A stretch of 64,000 nucleotides of DNA, taken from NCBI GenBank assembly GCA_049997795.1, contig JBEKVT010000002.1, forward strand, positions 1,664 through 65,663, written 5' to 3'. This document shows positions 17,142 through 25,674 of the stretch, one piece after another. The notes under the pieces are model-generated. The model was given only the letters and a program-made list of their open reading frames with translations, searched no databases and was not told the origin of the DNA. Position 1 is the stretch's first letter, and the number at the start of each line of letters is the position of its first letter. Made by a program: the position numbers and the translations under genes. The stretch comes from Minisyncoccia bacterium. GTDB lineage: Bacteria > Patescibacteriota > Minisyncoccia > Phycocordibacterales > PALSA-1337.

Positions 17142-18145
17142 GATTTGCCTCCTTTATTGCCCCCTTGGGCCATGTTCACGATGGTGTCGCGAAGGACGAT
17201 TCCGCTGACCGGGTGTTCGCCCTTGCTCTCGATCTGCAGACGGTTGACGTGCTCGTCCCTGACGAGGCGCGCTTCGACCGCGGCATTCCAGGCAGCCTGC
17301 TCGTCGAGGCCGAGCTCCGTCATGAAGAGCTTTGCCGTGGCGATATCGCCCTTGGATTCCGTCGCTCGCGCGTCGGTCTCGTAGACGATGCTGACGGCGT
17401 CGGTCATGCTCTGGTTTATCTTTTCGGGGATGGTGGCTTCGATCTGCACGCCCTGGCATTCGACCCCGAATGATCTTTCCTCGAGCACTCCCTTATGGTC
17501 GCCGTCGCCCTTCAGATGCTTCTCGAGCTCTCTCGAGATCAAGTCGCCGTGCTGGACCAGCTCGATGAAGTTCAGGCCGGCTTTATGGTCCGCGCCTTCC
17601 ATGGTCTTGACCAGCCTTTGGACCTCGCGGTAGGGGATGCCCCCCATGAGTTCCTTGATCTTGTCCAGATCGCGGCCGCTCTGAATGTATGAATTCAGAT
17701 GTTCCTTGTCAGGCCGGGCGGGGATATGGACTCTCACCGGCACCGCCACCGACCGTTGGTTGCCCCTGTCGTCGACCGTGTCCTCCACGGTCAGGATTAT
17801 CATGTTGAAGACCCATTCCTTGCTCGTCATGTCGATGGGCTTGACGCCGATGAAGAACGGGAAGTAATCCGCCAGGATGACCTTGCCGCGCAGGGCTATG
17901 GTCTTCCTGGTGTCTTCCTTCGGAGTCTTCCGGCCGGTCTTCACGGCTCTGCCCCAGCAGGTGAGCATGCCGAGCTCCAACGGATCGGGGGAGAGATTGG
18001 TCCAGCCCAAGGCGATGGCGACGAACCCCAGGCCGCCCACCACGATCCCCGCCCGCGAGTGCAGGACGACGATCATGAAGATGCCGGCCGAGATCAGGGA
18101 TCCGATCCACGACAATATCCCTAACATTATCAGCAGCTTTTTCAT
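17138..18145 (-). CDS. Hypothetical membrane protein, possibly a divergent SPFH/band-7 protein
   Basis: Two N-terminal TM segments; FGVECQGVQI...IPEKINQSM followed by an Ala/Glu-rich helix. Confidence 0.55.
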   Translation of the reverse strand: MKKLLIMLGILSWIGSLISAGIFMIVVLHSRAGIVVGGLGFVAIALGWTNLSPDPLELGMLTCWGRAVKTGRKTPKEDTRKTIALRGKVILADYFPFFIGVKPIDMTSKEWVFNMIILTVEDTVDDRGNQRSVAVPVRVHIPARPDKEHLNSYIQSGRDLDKIKELMGGIPYREVQRLVKTMEGADHKAGLNFIELVQHGDLISRELEKHLKGDGDHKGVLEERSFGVECQGVQIEATIPEKINQSMTDAVSIVYETDARATESKGDIATAKLFMTELGLDEQAAWNAAVEARLVRDEHVNRLQIESKGEHPVSGIVLRDTIVNMAQGGNKGGKS

Positions 18146-18250
18146 AAATCCTTTCAGTTGCGAACCGCCCCCGCAAGCAGGGAAGCTCTGGTTTCTGGTT
18201 AAATTGTCAACGTGCGTCCGAGCGGGCGCACAACAATTCCGCTGCCTGAA

Positions 18251-18279
18251 ATGGTATCATTTTTTGACTGCAATGTCAA
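18251..18279 (-). promoter_or_regulatory. Sigma70-type promoter
   Basis: TTGACA-N17-TACCAT with extended TG. Confidence 0.65.
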
Positions 18280-18352
18280 GCTAGCCGAGGCCTTCGCTCG
18301 GGTGTTATACTTCCGCCATTATTTGACCGGCAGAATCATCCCAAAAACGAAC

Positions 18353-19078
18353 ATGGACCAGCGCTCCGAGCAGCCGTCGAAATATTCCGTGCCGATCGCC
18401 ATCATCATCGGTTCGTTCGTCATAGCCGGCGCCATCATGCTCTCAGGAGGGAAATACTCGACCGCGCCGACGGCCGCACCGAACAACGCTGTCCAACAAA
18501 GAGTCCAGCCGCCGGTGGATTCTTCCAAGGTCAACGCCCAGGGCGAGCCGTTCATAGGAGAGAAGAGCGCCCCGGTCATCATAGCCTACTGGTACGATTA
18601 TCAGTGCCCGTTCTGCAAGCAGAATGAAGAGACATCCATGACCGAGCTCCTCAAGGATTACGTGGATACGGGCAAGGCCAGGATCATCTTCAAGGATTTC
18701 CAGTTCCTCGGTCCGGACTCACAGACTCTGGGCAAGGTCTCGCGCGCCGTCTGGGAAGCGGCCCCGGATAAGTTCTATGCCTGGCACAAGGCCATCTTCG
18801 ATAACCAAGGACAGGAGGGAAGCGGCTGGGCTACCCAAGCGAAGATCCAGTCGATCACAGTCTCGGTCCTGGGACAGGCCGACGCGGCCAAGGCTCTGGC
18901 CTTGGCGGATCAGAACGCTGCGACGTATCAGAAAGAGATGGATGCCGACAAGACCGAGGCCGCGAGCTTCGGCGTGAACGGCACGCCGGCCATGGTGATA
19001 GGGAAGCTCCTGGTCACGGGAGCGGCGCCGTATGCGGAGATAAAGTCCGACATCGAGACGACGCTCGCGGGGAAATAA
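18353..19078 (+). CDS. DsbA/thioredoxin-fold oxidoreductase
   Basis: DYQCPFC and GVNGTPA (cis-Pro loop); N-terminal TM segment. Confidence 0.92.
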   Translation: MDQRSEQPSKYSVPIAIIIGSFVIAGAIMLSGGKYSTAPTAAPNNAVQQRVQPPVDSSKVNAQGEPFIGEKSAPVIIAYWYDYQCPFCKQNEETSMTELLKDYVDTGKARIIFKDFQFLGPDSQTLGKVSRAVWEAAPDKFYAWHKAIFDNQGQEGSGWATQAKIQSITVSVLGQADAAKALALADQNAATYQKEMDADKTEAASFGVNGTPAMVIGKLLVTGAAPYAEIKSDIETTLAGK

Positions 19079-19090
19079 AAAGGGCCCGGC

Positions 19091-19369
19091 CTAAGCGGGG
19101 CCCTGATGAGAGGTGAGCGGAAGAGAAAGCTGTTTGCCTTCAGACTTGCCGCTGATCGTGCCGGAGCGAAGGTAACGAGCGACCATCCTCCTCATGTCTT
19201 CTCCGAATCGGTTCTGATACCCTTCATTCGTCTTATCGAAAGCGGCATTGAATGGCTTGCCGCACCTCATCCACTGAGCCACCACTCCGCTCAGCCGACG
19301 GACCCTGACCTCCAAAGGGTCTCCGTCGTCGATCCTTACGTAGTCGATTCTTGCGTATGAAGTAGTCAT
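19091..19369 (-). CDS. Hypothetical protein
   Basis: Shine-Dalgarno AAGGAGG before ATG 19369; own promoter at 19417-19389. Confidence 0.6.
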   Translation of the reverse strand: MTTSYARIDYVRIDDGDPLEVRVRRLSGVVAQWMRCGKPFNAAFDKTNEGYQNRFGEDMRRMVARYLRSGTISGKSEGKQLSLPLTSHQGPA

Positions 19370-19388
19370 GGTACCTCCTTTGTCTGCG

Positions 19389-19417
19389 ATTGTATCATAT
19401 TTAAAACTTAAAGTCAA
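19389..19417 (-). promoter_or_regulatory. Sigma70-type promoter
   Basis: TTGACT-N17-TACAAT. Confidence 0.65.
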
Positions 19418-19428
19418 ATAAATAAAAC

Positions 19429-19455
19429 CCCCGCAGGAACCTGGTTCCTGCGGGG
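19429..19455 (-). terminator. Intrinsic terminator
   Basis: CCCCGCAGGAAC-CTG-GTTCCTGCGGGG perfect 12-bp hairpin with a T-rich tail on the minus strand. Confidence 0.75.
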
Positions 19456-19486
19456 TATTCGATCCGTGGCCTGGGTAGGCCTCGGA

Positions 19487-20518
19487 TCATCTGTGGCCTC
19501 GATCGGTCCCGCGACCGTGAGGCGCCTGGCCGGTGTCAGGTCTTCGGCCGATATGGCTTGGCGGCTGGCCGCCGCGATTGCCGTGGAATCCGTTCGGCGC
19601 GCCGTTGCCGCGCCGGACGTAGTGGTTGGACAGACGCCATACGTGGCCCCAGCCGTCCCACCACCAGCCGTATTCGACATATCCGTACGGATCTTCGTAG
19701 TAATAGACCTCCCGGTCTTGTTGCGGATATGACTCCACGTACCATACCGCTTCCGGCGCTTGTGCCGGAGGGTTTTCGGCGCTCGGGACCTTGGGCGACT
19801 CGTCGACGATCGTCACGTTCGTAGTCACTTTCGTCACGGAGGAGGAGGCCTCGGTCTTGGCTGCCGGCTCTTTGTCTCCCCATGTCTTCTTTTCAAGTCC
19901 CTGCTTCGACTGGTTCAGCGCGTCGACGAGCGCCGCCTGACTGGCTTTGTAAGCAGTCTGGATGGAGTTGAGCGTCTCCACGTAAGCCGCCTTGGCGTTA
20001 TCCGCGTCGGCAGCTGCCGATCGTTTGGCGGTCCAGACCTCCAGGCTCTGTTGGACAGGTTGGAACAGCGCTGGCATCTTCGAGGCCATGAAGACGAAGC
20101 CGTAGAGCAGCAGGCCGACTCCGCCGGCGAGGGCGATACGATGCAAGATGCCTTCGTATGTCATATTGTCCTTGAATAGGCTCCGGGTCTTATTGGCCTC
20201 CGGTCTGCCTTCAGGCTCGACCGGAGCAGGCCCCGGAACCACTGCCGCTCCCGCCGCGGCCGGCGTTGCCGCCGGCACTGCCGGTGCCGGAACGGGGGCC
20301 GTTGCTTGCGAGGCTTCCTCGAGCAAAGTCACCCTGCGATTGAGGAACGACCATCTCCAGAAAAGGCTTTTGCAGTCCCTTCCGAGCCTGGTGATCTTGA
20401 CACTGAGCCGGATCAGCCCTCTGGAAAGACTGCCGTCCCTCAGCTTGGACAAGCGCTGGAGGCTTCCCACCTTCCTGAAAAGGTCGCGTAGCGAGATTTT
20501 CTTGGGCGACGTCTGCAT
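19487..20518 (-). CDS. Hypothetical membrane protein (Pro/Ala linker, coiled coil, Tyr/Trp/Gly-rich C-terminus)
   Basis: 343-aa ORF with Shine-Dalgarno AGGAGGGG, upstream promoter and downstream terminator. Confidence 0.65.
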   Translation of the reverse strand: MQTSPKKISLRDLFRKVGSLQRLSKLRDGSLSRGLIRLSVKITRLGRDCKSLFWRWSFLNRRVTLLEEASQATAPVPAPAVPAATPAAAGAAVVPGPAPVEPEGRPEANKTRSLFKDNMTYEGILHRIALAGGVGLLLYGFVFMASKMPALFQPVQQSLEVWTAKRSAAADADNAKAAYVETLNSIQTAYKASQAALVDALNQSKQGLEKKTWGDKEPAAKTEASSSVTKVTTNVTIVDESPKVPSAENPPAQAPEAVWYVESYPQQDREVYYYEDPYGYVEYGWWWDGWGHVWRLSNHYVRRGNGAPNGFHGNRGGQPPSHIGRRPDTGQAPHGRGTDRGHR

Positions 20519-20632
20519 GACGCCCCTCCTTTCTTGGTTGTGGCCTCCGTTCGGACGGTGGCCATTATTGTTGAGTTTATTCGGTTATCAAAAGGTTGTC
20601 TGACAAAAGACAGCCGAACTATATTTGTCGGG

Positions 20633-20661
20633 ATTATATATCAAGAAGATTGATAAGTCAA
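20633..20661 (-). promoter_or_regulatory. Sigma70-type promoter
   Basis: TTGACT-N17-TATAAT immediately after tRNA-Leu. Confidence 0.65.
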
Positions 20662-20663
20662 GG

Positions 20664-20745
20664 TGCCGGGGAGAGGACTCGAACCTCCATAGATTGCTCC
20701 ACATGCTCCTAAGGCATGCGCGTCTACCAATTTCGCCACCCCGGC
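20664..20745 (-). tRNA. tRNA-Leu (TAG)
   Basis: GCCGGGG acceptor, CATGC-CTTAGGA-GCATG anticodon arm, long variable arm, GGTTCGAGTCC. Confidence 0.96.
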
Positions 20746-20779
20746 ATTGACGAAGGACCCAACGCTCGGAACTGCCTTG

Positions 20780-20852
20780 TCCGCCCAGTTGGATTCGAAC
20801 CAACGACCAATCGCTTAAGAGGCGAGTGCTCTACCAGCTGAGCTATGGGCGG
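20780..20852 (-). tRNA. tRNA-Lys (CTT)
   Basis: CCGCCCA acceptor, TAGCTCAGCTGGTAGAGC D-arm, loop CTCTTAA, GGTTCGAATCC. Confidence 0.96.
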
Positions 20853-20953
20853 GCGTCTCAAACGGGGAAAATATATCAGATTTTGGCGATATCGGCAATA
20901 AAAAAGCCTTGCGATCACCGATCGCAAGGCTTCGAACAAAATGCGCGTTCCCG

Positions 20954-21169
20954 TCAAAATGCCAGACGGGCCCGGACCTTCTTCAGCGTTTCCTGAATGG
21001 ACATCCGGAGGCCCTTCGGGGGAGGGGATGGCTCCGGAGTGATGACCGGATACGCCTCATGGCTCCAATGCTTGAAGACGAATCCGATCCTTTTGAAGAA
21101 CGCGACAACGTCGCCGAAATTCAAACGACGACTGCCGCGAAAAGAAATGACCTCGCCGTTTCTCGTGAT
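20954..21169 (-). CDS. Small hypothetical protein
   Basis: ORF MITRNGEV...RARLAF followed by a terminator-like hairpin at about 20900-20932; start uncertain. Confidence 0.4.
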   Translation of the reverse strand: MTRNGEVISFRGSRRLNFGDVVAFFKRIGFVFKHWSHEAYPVITPEPSPPPKGLRMSIQETLKKVRARLAF

Positions 21170-21262
21170 CATGGTGAAGGTGCTAGGGGTTCTAGGTTGA
21201 AAGGTGCCAGGCCACACCTTACCAGCTTGAACGGAAACGCGCAATATGGCATACTATCCCGC

Positions 21263-21508
21263 ATGGTGAACCGAATGCGCGCCACGCGCAGCCACCGCGG
21301 CAACAGACGCTCGCATCACGCCCTAGACCGGGCGCGTTTGTCGAAGTGTCAGAATTGCGGAGCGCCGCACAGGAGCCACGTTGTCTGCATGAATTGCGGA
21401 TGGTACAAGGGCCGGAAAGTCCTTGATCTGGCCGCCAAGGCGGCAGCCAAGGCCAAGAAGGCCGTGCCTGCCGGCAAGCAGGCTGGGGCCGCGAAAAGCG
21501 CCGATTAG
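21263..21508 (+). CDS. rpmF: 50S ribosomal protein L32
   Basis: RRSHHAL...CQNCG...HVVCMNCGWYKGR. Confidence 0.93.
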   Translation: MVNRMRATRSHRGNRRSHHALDRARLSKCQNCGAPHRSHVVCMNCGWYKGRKVLDLAAKAAAKAKKAVPAGKQAGAAKSAD

Positions 21509-21597
21509 GTTCGCCAGACGCGCTGATTTTTGATCAATCCGATCGACCAGTGTTCCAGTCGATCGCGTCGACGAGGAATCAATCACTGCACATTAGC

Positions 21598-22509
21598 ATG
21601 GCCAATCGACATCTCTCCCGTTCCGTCGTCCTGCAGTCCCTTTTTGAATGGGATTTCTGCGGTCAGAAGCCGAAGGCCGTCCCGGCCATCGTCGAGAGGA
21701 ACGTCAAGGAATTCGCTCCCGGCCTCTCCGACATCTCTTTCGTCGGGGACCTCTTGAAAGGCGTCATCGGCAAGAGAAAGGAGATCGACGCCATCATCGA
21801 GAAGGCCGCTCCAGAATGGCCTCTAGACAAGATCTCTCCGGTGGACCGGAACGTCCTTCGATTAGGCCTCTACGAGCTCCTGTTCGCCGACCGCTCCGAA
21901 GTGCCGGCCAAGGTGGCCATCAACGAAGCCATCGAGCTCGGCAAGACTTTCGGCGGCGAGGCTTCCGGTCGTTTCGTGAACGGCGTCCTCGGGGCCGTCT
22001 ACAAGGAGCTCGGCGAGCCGGGCAAGGACGCCACGCCGGCCAAAGACAAGAAGAAAAGGCCGGCCGAAGTGCCGTACGAGAAGATGCCGGTCCAGCATTT
22101 GGGCGGAGCGGTGGTCTACGCAAGGAGCGGCAAGGACATATATCTGGCCTTCGTCCACGACATCTTCGGACACTGGACCCTGTCGAAGGGCAAGATCGCC
22201 GAAGGCATAGATCCGGCCGAGGGCACGATAAGCAAGGTCAAGGAGGAGATTGGCCTTTCCGTCACGATCAAGGCCGACCTCGGCACGAACGAGTACATCG
22301 CCAACGACCCGGAGATCGGCAAGCTCAGGAAACAAGTGCATTATTATCTGGCCGAAGCGCCCTTCGGAGATCTCGCCCTGGCCAAGAAGCCGGGCCTCGA
22401 CGACGCCAAGTGGTTCAAGCTCGCCGATATCCTCGAACTGAATTTCTACAACGACATCCTGCCGATCGTCACCAAGGCCATAACTATCCTGTCCCAGAAG
22501 GAAAAATGA
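21598..22509 (+). CDS. nusB: Transcription antitermination factor NusB fused to a C-terminal NUDIX-like domain
   Basis: NRHLSR, DRNVLRLG.YEL, VAINEAIEL.K and FVNGVLG, then GAVVY...WTLSKGK...EEIGL. Confidence 0.9.
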   Translation: MANRHLSRSVVLQSLFEWDFCGQKPKAVPAIVERNVKEFAPGLSDISFVGDLLKGVIGKRKEIDAIIEKAAPEWPLDKISPVDRNVLRLGLYELLFADRSEVPAKVAINEAIELGKTFGGEASGRFVNGVLGAVYKELGEPGKDATPAKDKKKRPAEVPYEKMPVQHLGGAVVYARSGKDIYLAFVHDIFGHWTLSKGKIAEGIDPAEGTISKVKEEIGLSVTIKADLGTNEYIANDPEIGKLRKQVHYYLAEAPFGDLALAKKPGLDDAKWFKLADILELNFYNDILPIVTKAITILSQKEK

Positions 22510-22510
22510 C

Positions 22511-23209
22511 ATGAGCGCGAACTTCGAATCATTGGCGGAACATATCGGCGTCGATTTCGACGATATCTCGCTCCTTAGAGCCGCCTGCACCCACCGCTCT
22601 TACTTGAACGAGAACAAAGGCGCCGGCCTGGAGCACAATGAGCGCTTGGAATTCCTGGGCGACGCGGTCCTCGAGCTTGTCACGACAAGCTTCCTCTTCC
22701 GCAAATACCCGAAAAAATCGGAAGGGGAGCTGACCGCCTTCCGCTCGGCCATCGTCAATACGGTCTCTCTTACCAAGGTGGCGGAGCGCATCGGCCTGGA
22801 CGGCTTCATCCTCTTGTCCAAAGGCGAGGCCAAAGACACCGGCCGGGCCCGTTCGGTCATCATCGCCAACGCCGTCGAAGCCGTTATCGGCGCCATATAC
22901 ATCGACAAAGGATACGACGCCGCGGCCAATTTCATCTCCGATCACGTCCTTTACGTCATCGACATCGAGAATATCGTCGAGAACAAGTCCTGGCTCGACG
23001 CCAAGAGCCATTTCCAGGAGGCGGCCCAAGAAAAAGCCGGGGCCACGCCGACCTACCGGACTCTGAAAGAGACCGGCCCTGACCACGACAAGCACTTCGT
23101 CTTGGGCGTGTTCCTCGGCGACGTCCAAATAGCGACGGGGAGCGGCGCTTCGAAGCAGGAAGCCGAGCAGATGGCGGCCAAGAAGGCGCTCGAGGTCAAG
23201 GGTTGGTAG
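22511..23209 (+). CDS. rnc: Ribonuclease III
   Basis: HNERLEFLGDAVL signature and dsRBD (GPDHDK.F, SKQEAEQ.AA). Confidence 0.97.
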   Translation: MSANFESLAEHIGVDFDDISLLRAACTHRSYLNENKGAGLEHNERLEFLGDAVLELVTTSFLFRKYPKKSEGELTAFRSAIVNTVSLTKVAERIGLDGFILLSKGEAKDTGRARSVIIANAVEAVIGAIYIDKGYDAAANFISDHVLYVIDIENIVENKSWLDAKSHFQEAAQEKAGATPTYRTLKETGPDHDKHFVLGVFLGDVQIATGSGASKQEAEQMAAKKALEVKGW

Positions 23210-23327
23210 CGGAACGGGAGAACATGCCTCTGAATGACATTCCCAGCGGGAGTTCGTCTGGGATATTTTCCTTTAGCCTTGGATCCGAATAAGTGGAGTC
23301 ATTCGGGGGCATGTTCTCCCGTTCTGC
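23209..23327 (+). repeat. Hairpin element family, copy E2
   Basis: 30-bp inverted repeats (23209-23238 / 23298-23327; the three mismatches are all G-U on this strand) around ATTCCCAGCGGGA-N16-TTCCTTTAG-N13-TAAGTGGA. Confidence 0.85.
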
Positions 23328-23346
23328 GATACGCTATAATTCACTC

Positions 23347-25611
23347 GTGAACCTAAAATCCCTGGAATTGTCTGGCTTCAAGTCGTTCGCCAAGAAGGCG
23401 ACGCTTCATTTTAGCTCGCCGATAACCGGCATCGTTGGGCCCAACGGCTCCGGCAAATCGAACGTGGCCGAAGCCTTCCAGTTCGTCCTGGGCGAGCAAT
23501 CCATCAAGTCCCTGCGGGGCAAGCGCGGCGAAGACCTCATCTGGAACGGCGGCGGGAATGCCCCGGCCGGCACAGGCCGGGCCAACCGGGCCGGGGTCAA
23601 GCTCACCTTCGACAATTCGCGGCGGATGTTCCCGGCCGTGGACTTCGACGAGGTGGCCGTCGAGCGCGTCGTCCACCGCGATAACCTGAACGAATACATA
23701 TTGAACGGCAGCCAGGTTCGCCTGAAAGACATCGTCGAGATCCTCTCCGGCGCCCACATCGGCGCGACGGGCCATCACATCATCTCCCAAGGCGAAGCCG
23801 ACCGCATCCTGTCCGCCTCCATAAGAGAGCGGCGCGAGATGATCGAGGACGCCTTGGGCCTCAAGATCTACCAATGGAAGAAGCTCGAGAGCCTCCGAAA
23901 GCTCGAGCGGACCGACGAGAACATGAAGCAGGTCGAGTCGTTGCGCCGGGAGATCGCTCCTCACCTCAAGTTCCTTAAGAAGCAAGTCGAAAAGATCGAA
24001 AAGGCCGAATCGATGCGCTCAGAGCTCATCTCCCTGTACAAAGAATATTTTGGGAGGGAAGAGCGCCGCCTGAAGGCGGAAAGGGAGAGGCTGGAGCGCG
24101 GCTTGGCTGGGCCGAAGAAGGAACTGGCTGAGCTCGACCACGGCCTGGAGAAAGCCAAAGAAACCTTGACGGCTTCGAAGAACAAGGATCATAAGAGCGA
24201 CGAGATAGTGGCTCTCGAAGGCAAGCTTGCCGGCATCCGCGCCGAGAAAGACGCAGTCACCCGAAAGCTGGGACGCCTCGAAGGCGAGATGAACGCCGAC
24301 AAGAGAGCCATCGAGAAGGAGAAAGAGAGGCAGAAGAGGGACGAGTTCAAGACGGTCTATCTGAAGGATCTCGAGGAAGTCGTGGCCAAGATCGAATCCT
24401 TTGAGTCCATCACCGAAGCCGGCAGATTATTCTCTGAAACCATCGGCCTGCTTAAGGCATTTATCGCCAAGCACCGCGGCGCGCCGGATTCTTCCTTGGT
24501 CGGCGAGGCGGAAAGGGAGATCGAGGCGCTCTCCAAAGAAAGGTCTGGTCACGAAGAGAGGCTCGAAGCTCTCAGCGCTTCCGAATCGGAGGTTTCGGCC
24601 GAGTACGACAGCCTGAAGAAAGCCATCGAGAAAGAGAAAGACACCGACCGGGACGCCGAGAAAGACGTCTTCAGGATCATCGCCAGGCAGAACGAGGTAC
24701 GGGCCGTCGTCTCGAGCCTTTCCACGGAGCTCGACGCCGTCGGACGCGACGAGGCGGCCATGAAACGCGAACTCGGCGAAGCCGGTTCGATAGCCGGGCG
24801 GCAAGCCCTGGATTACGCCGGCACGGCGGCGCCGGCCGGAGAAGCGAAGGAAGTCCAGGAAGAGAGGAAGAAGAGGATCGAGAAGCTCAAGATCCGCCTG
24901 GAGGACGCCGGCGGCGGCGATCTCGAGGTCATGAAGGAATACAAAGAAACCGAGGAGCGGGACGCCTTCCTCGGACGCGAGCTCGGAGATCTCGACAAGG
25001 CCGGCAAGGAATTGAGGCAGCTCGTCGCCGATCTCGAGACGCGGATAGATTCGGAATTCAAGAGCGGCGTATCGAAGATCAACGCCGAGTTCCAGAAGTT
25101 CTTCACGCTGATGTTCGGCGGAGGTAGGGCGGAGCTCTACGTCGTCAAGGAGCCGAAACGCCGCAAGAGGAGCGAGACGGAAGAGCTCGGGGAAGCCCTA
25201 TCCAGCGGCGAGGAGGAACTGGGAAAAGGCGAGGATGAAGACGAAGAAGAAGGCCCTGAAGGCCTGGAGATAGACGTCAGCCTCCCCAGGAAGAAAGTGA
25301 AAGGCCTGATGATGCTCTCCGGCGGCGAACGGGCCCTGACCTCGATCGCCCTTCTCTTCGCCGTCTCCCAAGTCAATCCGCCGCCTTTTATCGTCCTCGA
25401 CGAGACTGACGCGGCCCTCGACGAGGCCAACTCGAGGAAATACGGCGACATGATCAAGGACCTTTCCAAGCGCTCCCAGCTCATCTTGATCACCCACAAT
25501 CGGGAGACGATGTCTCGGGCCGGCGTCCTCTACGGCGTCACTATGGGAAGCGATGGGGCGTCGAAGCTCCTTTCGATCGCCTTCGAAGAGGCGGTACGAG
25601 TGGCGAAGTAA
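23347..25611 (+). CDS. smc: SMC-family chromosome segregation ATPase (short form)
   Basis: GFKSF, GPNGSGKSN, Q-loop IISQG, LSGGE and LDETDAALD; GTG start 6 nt after TATAAT. Confidence 0.9.
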   Translation: MNLKSLELSGFKSFAKKATLHFSSPITGIVGPNGSGKSNVAEAFQFVLGEQSIKSLRGKRGEDLIWNGGGNAPAGTGRANRAGVKLTFDNSRRMFPAVDFDEVAVERVVHRDNLNEYILNGSQVRLKDIVEILSGAHIGATGHHIISQGEADRILSASIRERREMIEDALGLKIYQWKKLESLRKLERTDENMKQVESLRREIAPHLKFLKKQVEKIEKAESMRSELISLYKEYFGREERRLKAERERLERGLAGPKKELAELDHGLEKAKETLTASKNKDHKSDEIVALEGKLAGIRAEKDAVTRKLGRLEGEMNADKRAIEKEKERQKRDEFKTVYLKDLEEVVAKIESFESITEAGRLFSETIGLLKAFIAKHRGAPDSSLVGEAEREIEALSKERSGHEERLEALSASESEVSAEYDSLKKAIEKEKDTDRDAEKDVFRIIARQNEVRAVVSSLSTELDAVGRDEAAMKRELGEAGSIAGRQALDYAGTAAPAGEAKEVQEERKKRIEKLKIRLEDAGGGDLEVMKEYKETEERDAFLGRELGDLDKAGKELRQLVADLETRIDSEFKSGVSKINAEFQKFFTLMFGGGRAELYVVKEPKRRKRSETEELGEALSSGEEELGKGEDEDEEEGPEGLEIDVSLPRKKVKGLMMLSGGERALTSIALLFAVSQVNPPPFIVLDETDAALDEANSRKYGDMIKDLSKRSQLILITHNRETMSRAGVLYGVTMGSDGASKLLSIAFEEAVRVAK

Positions 25612-25674
25612 GGAACGCTTCAAGAGCCGGAACGGCCTTTACATTTGGGCCGTTTCCTTTTAGACTGCAGATAT

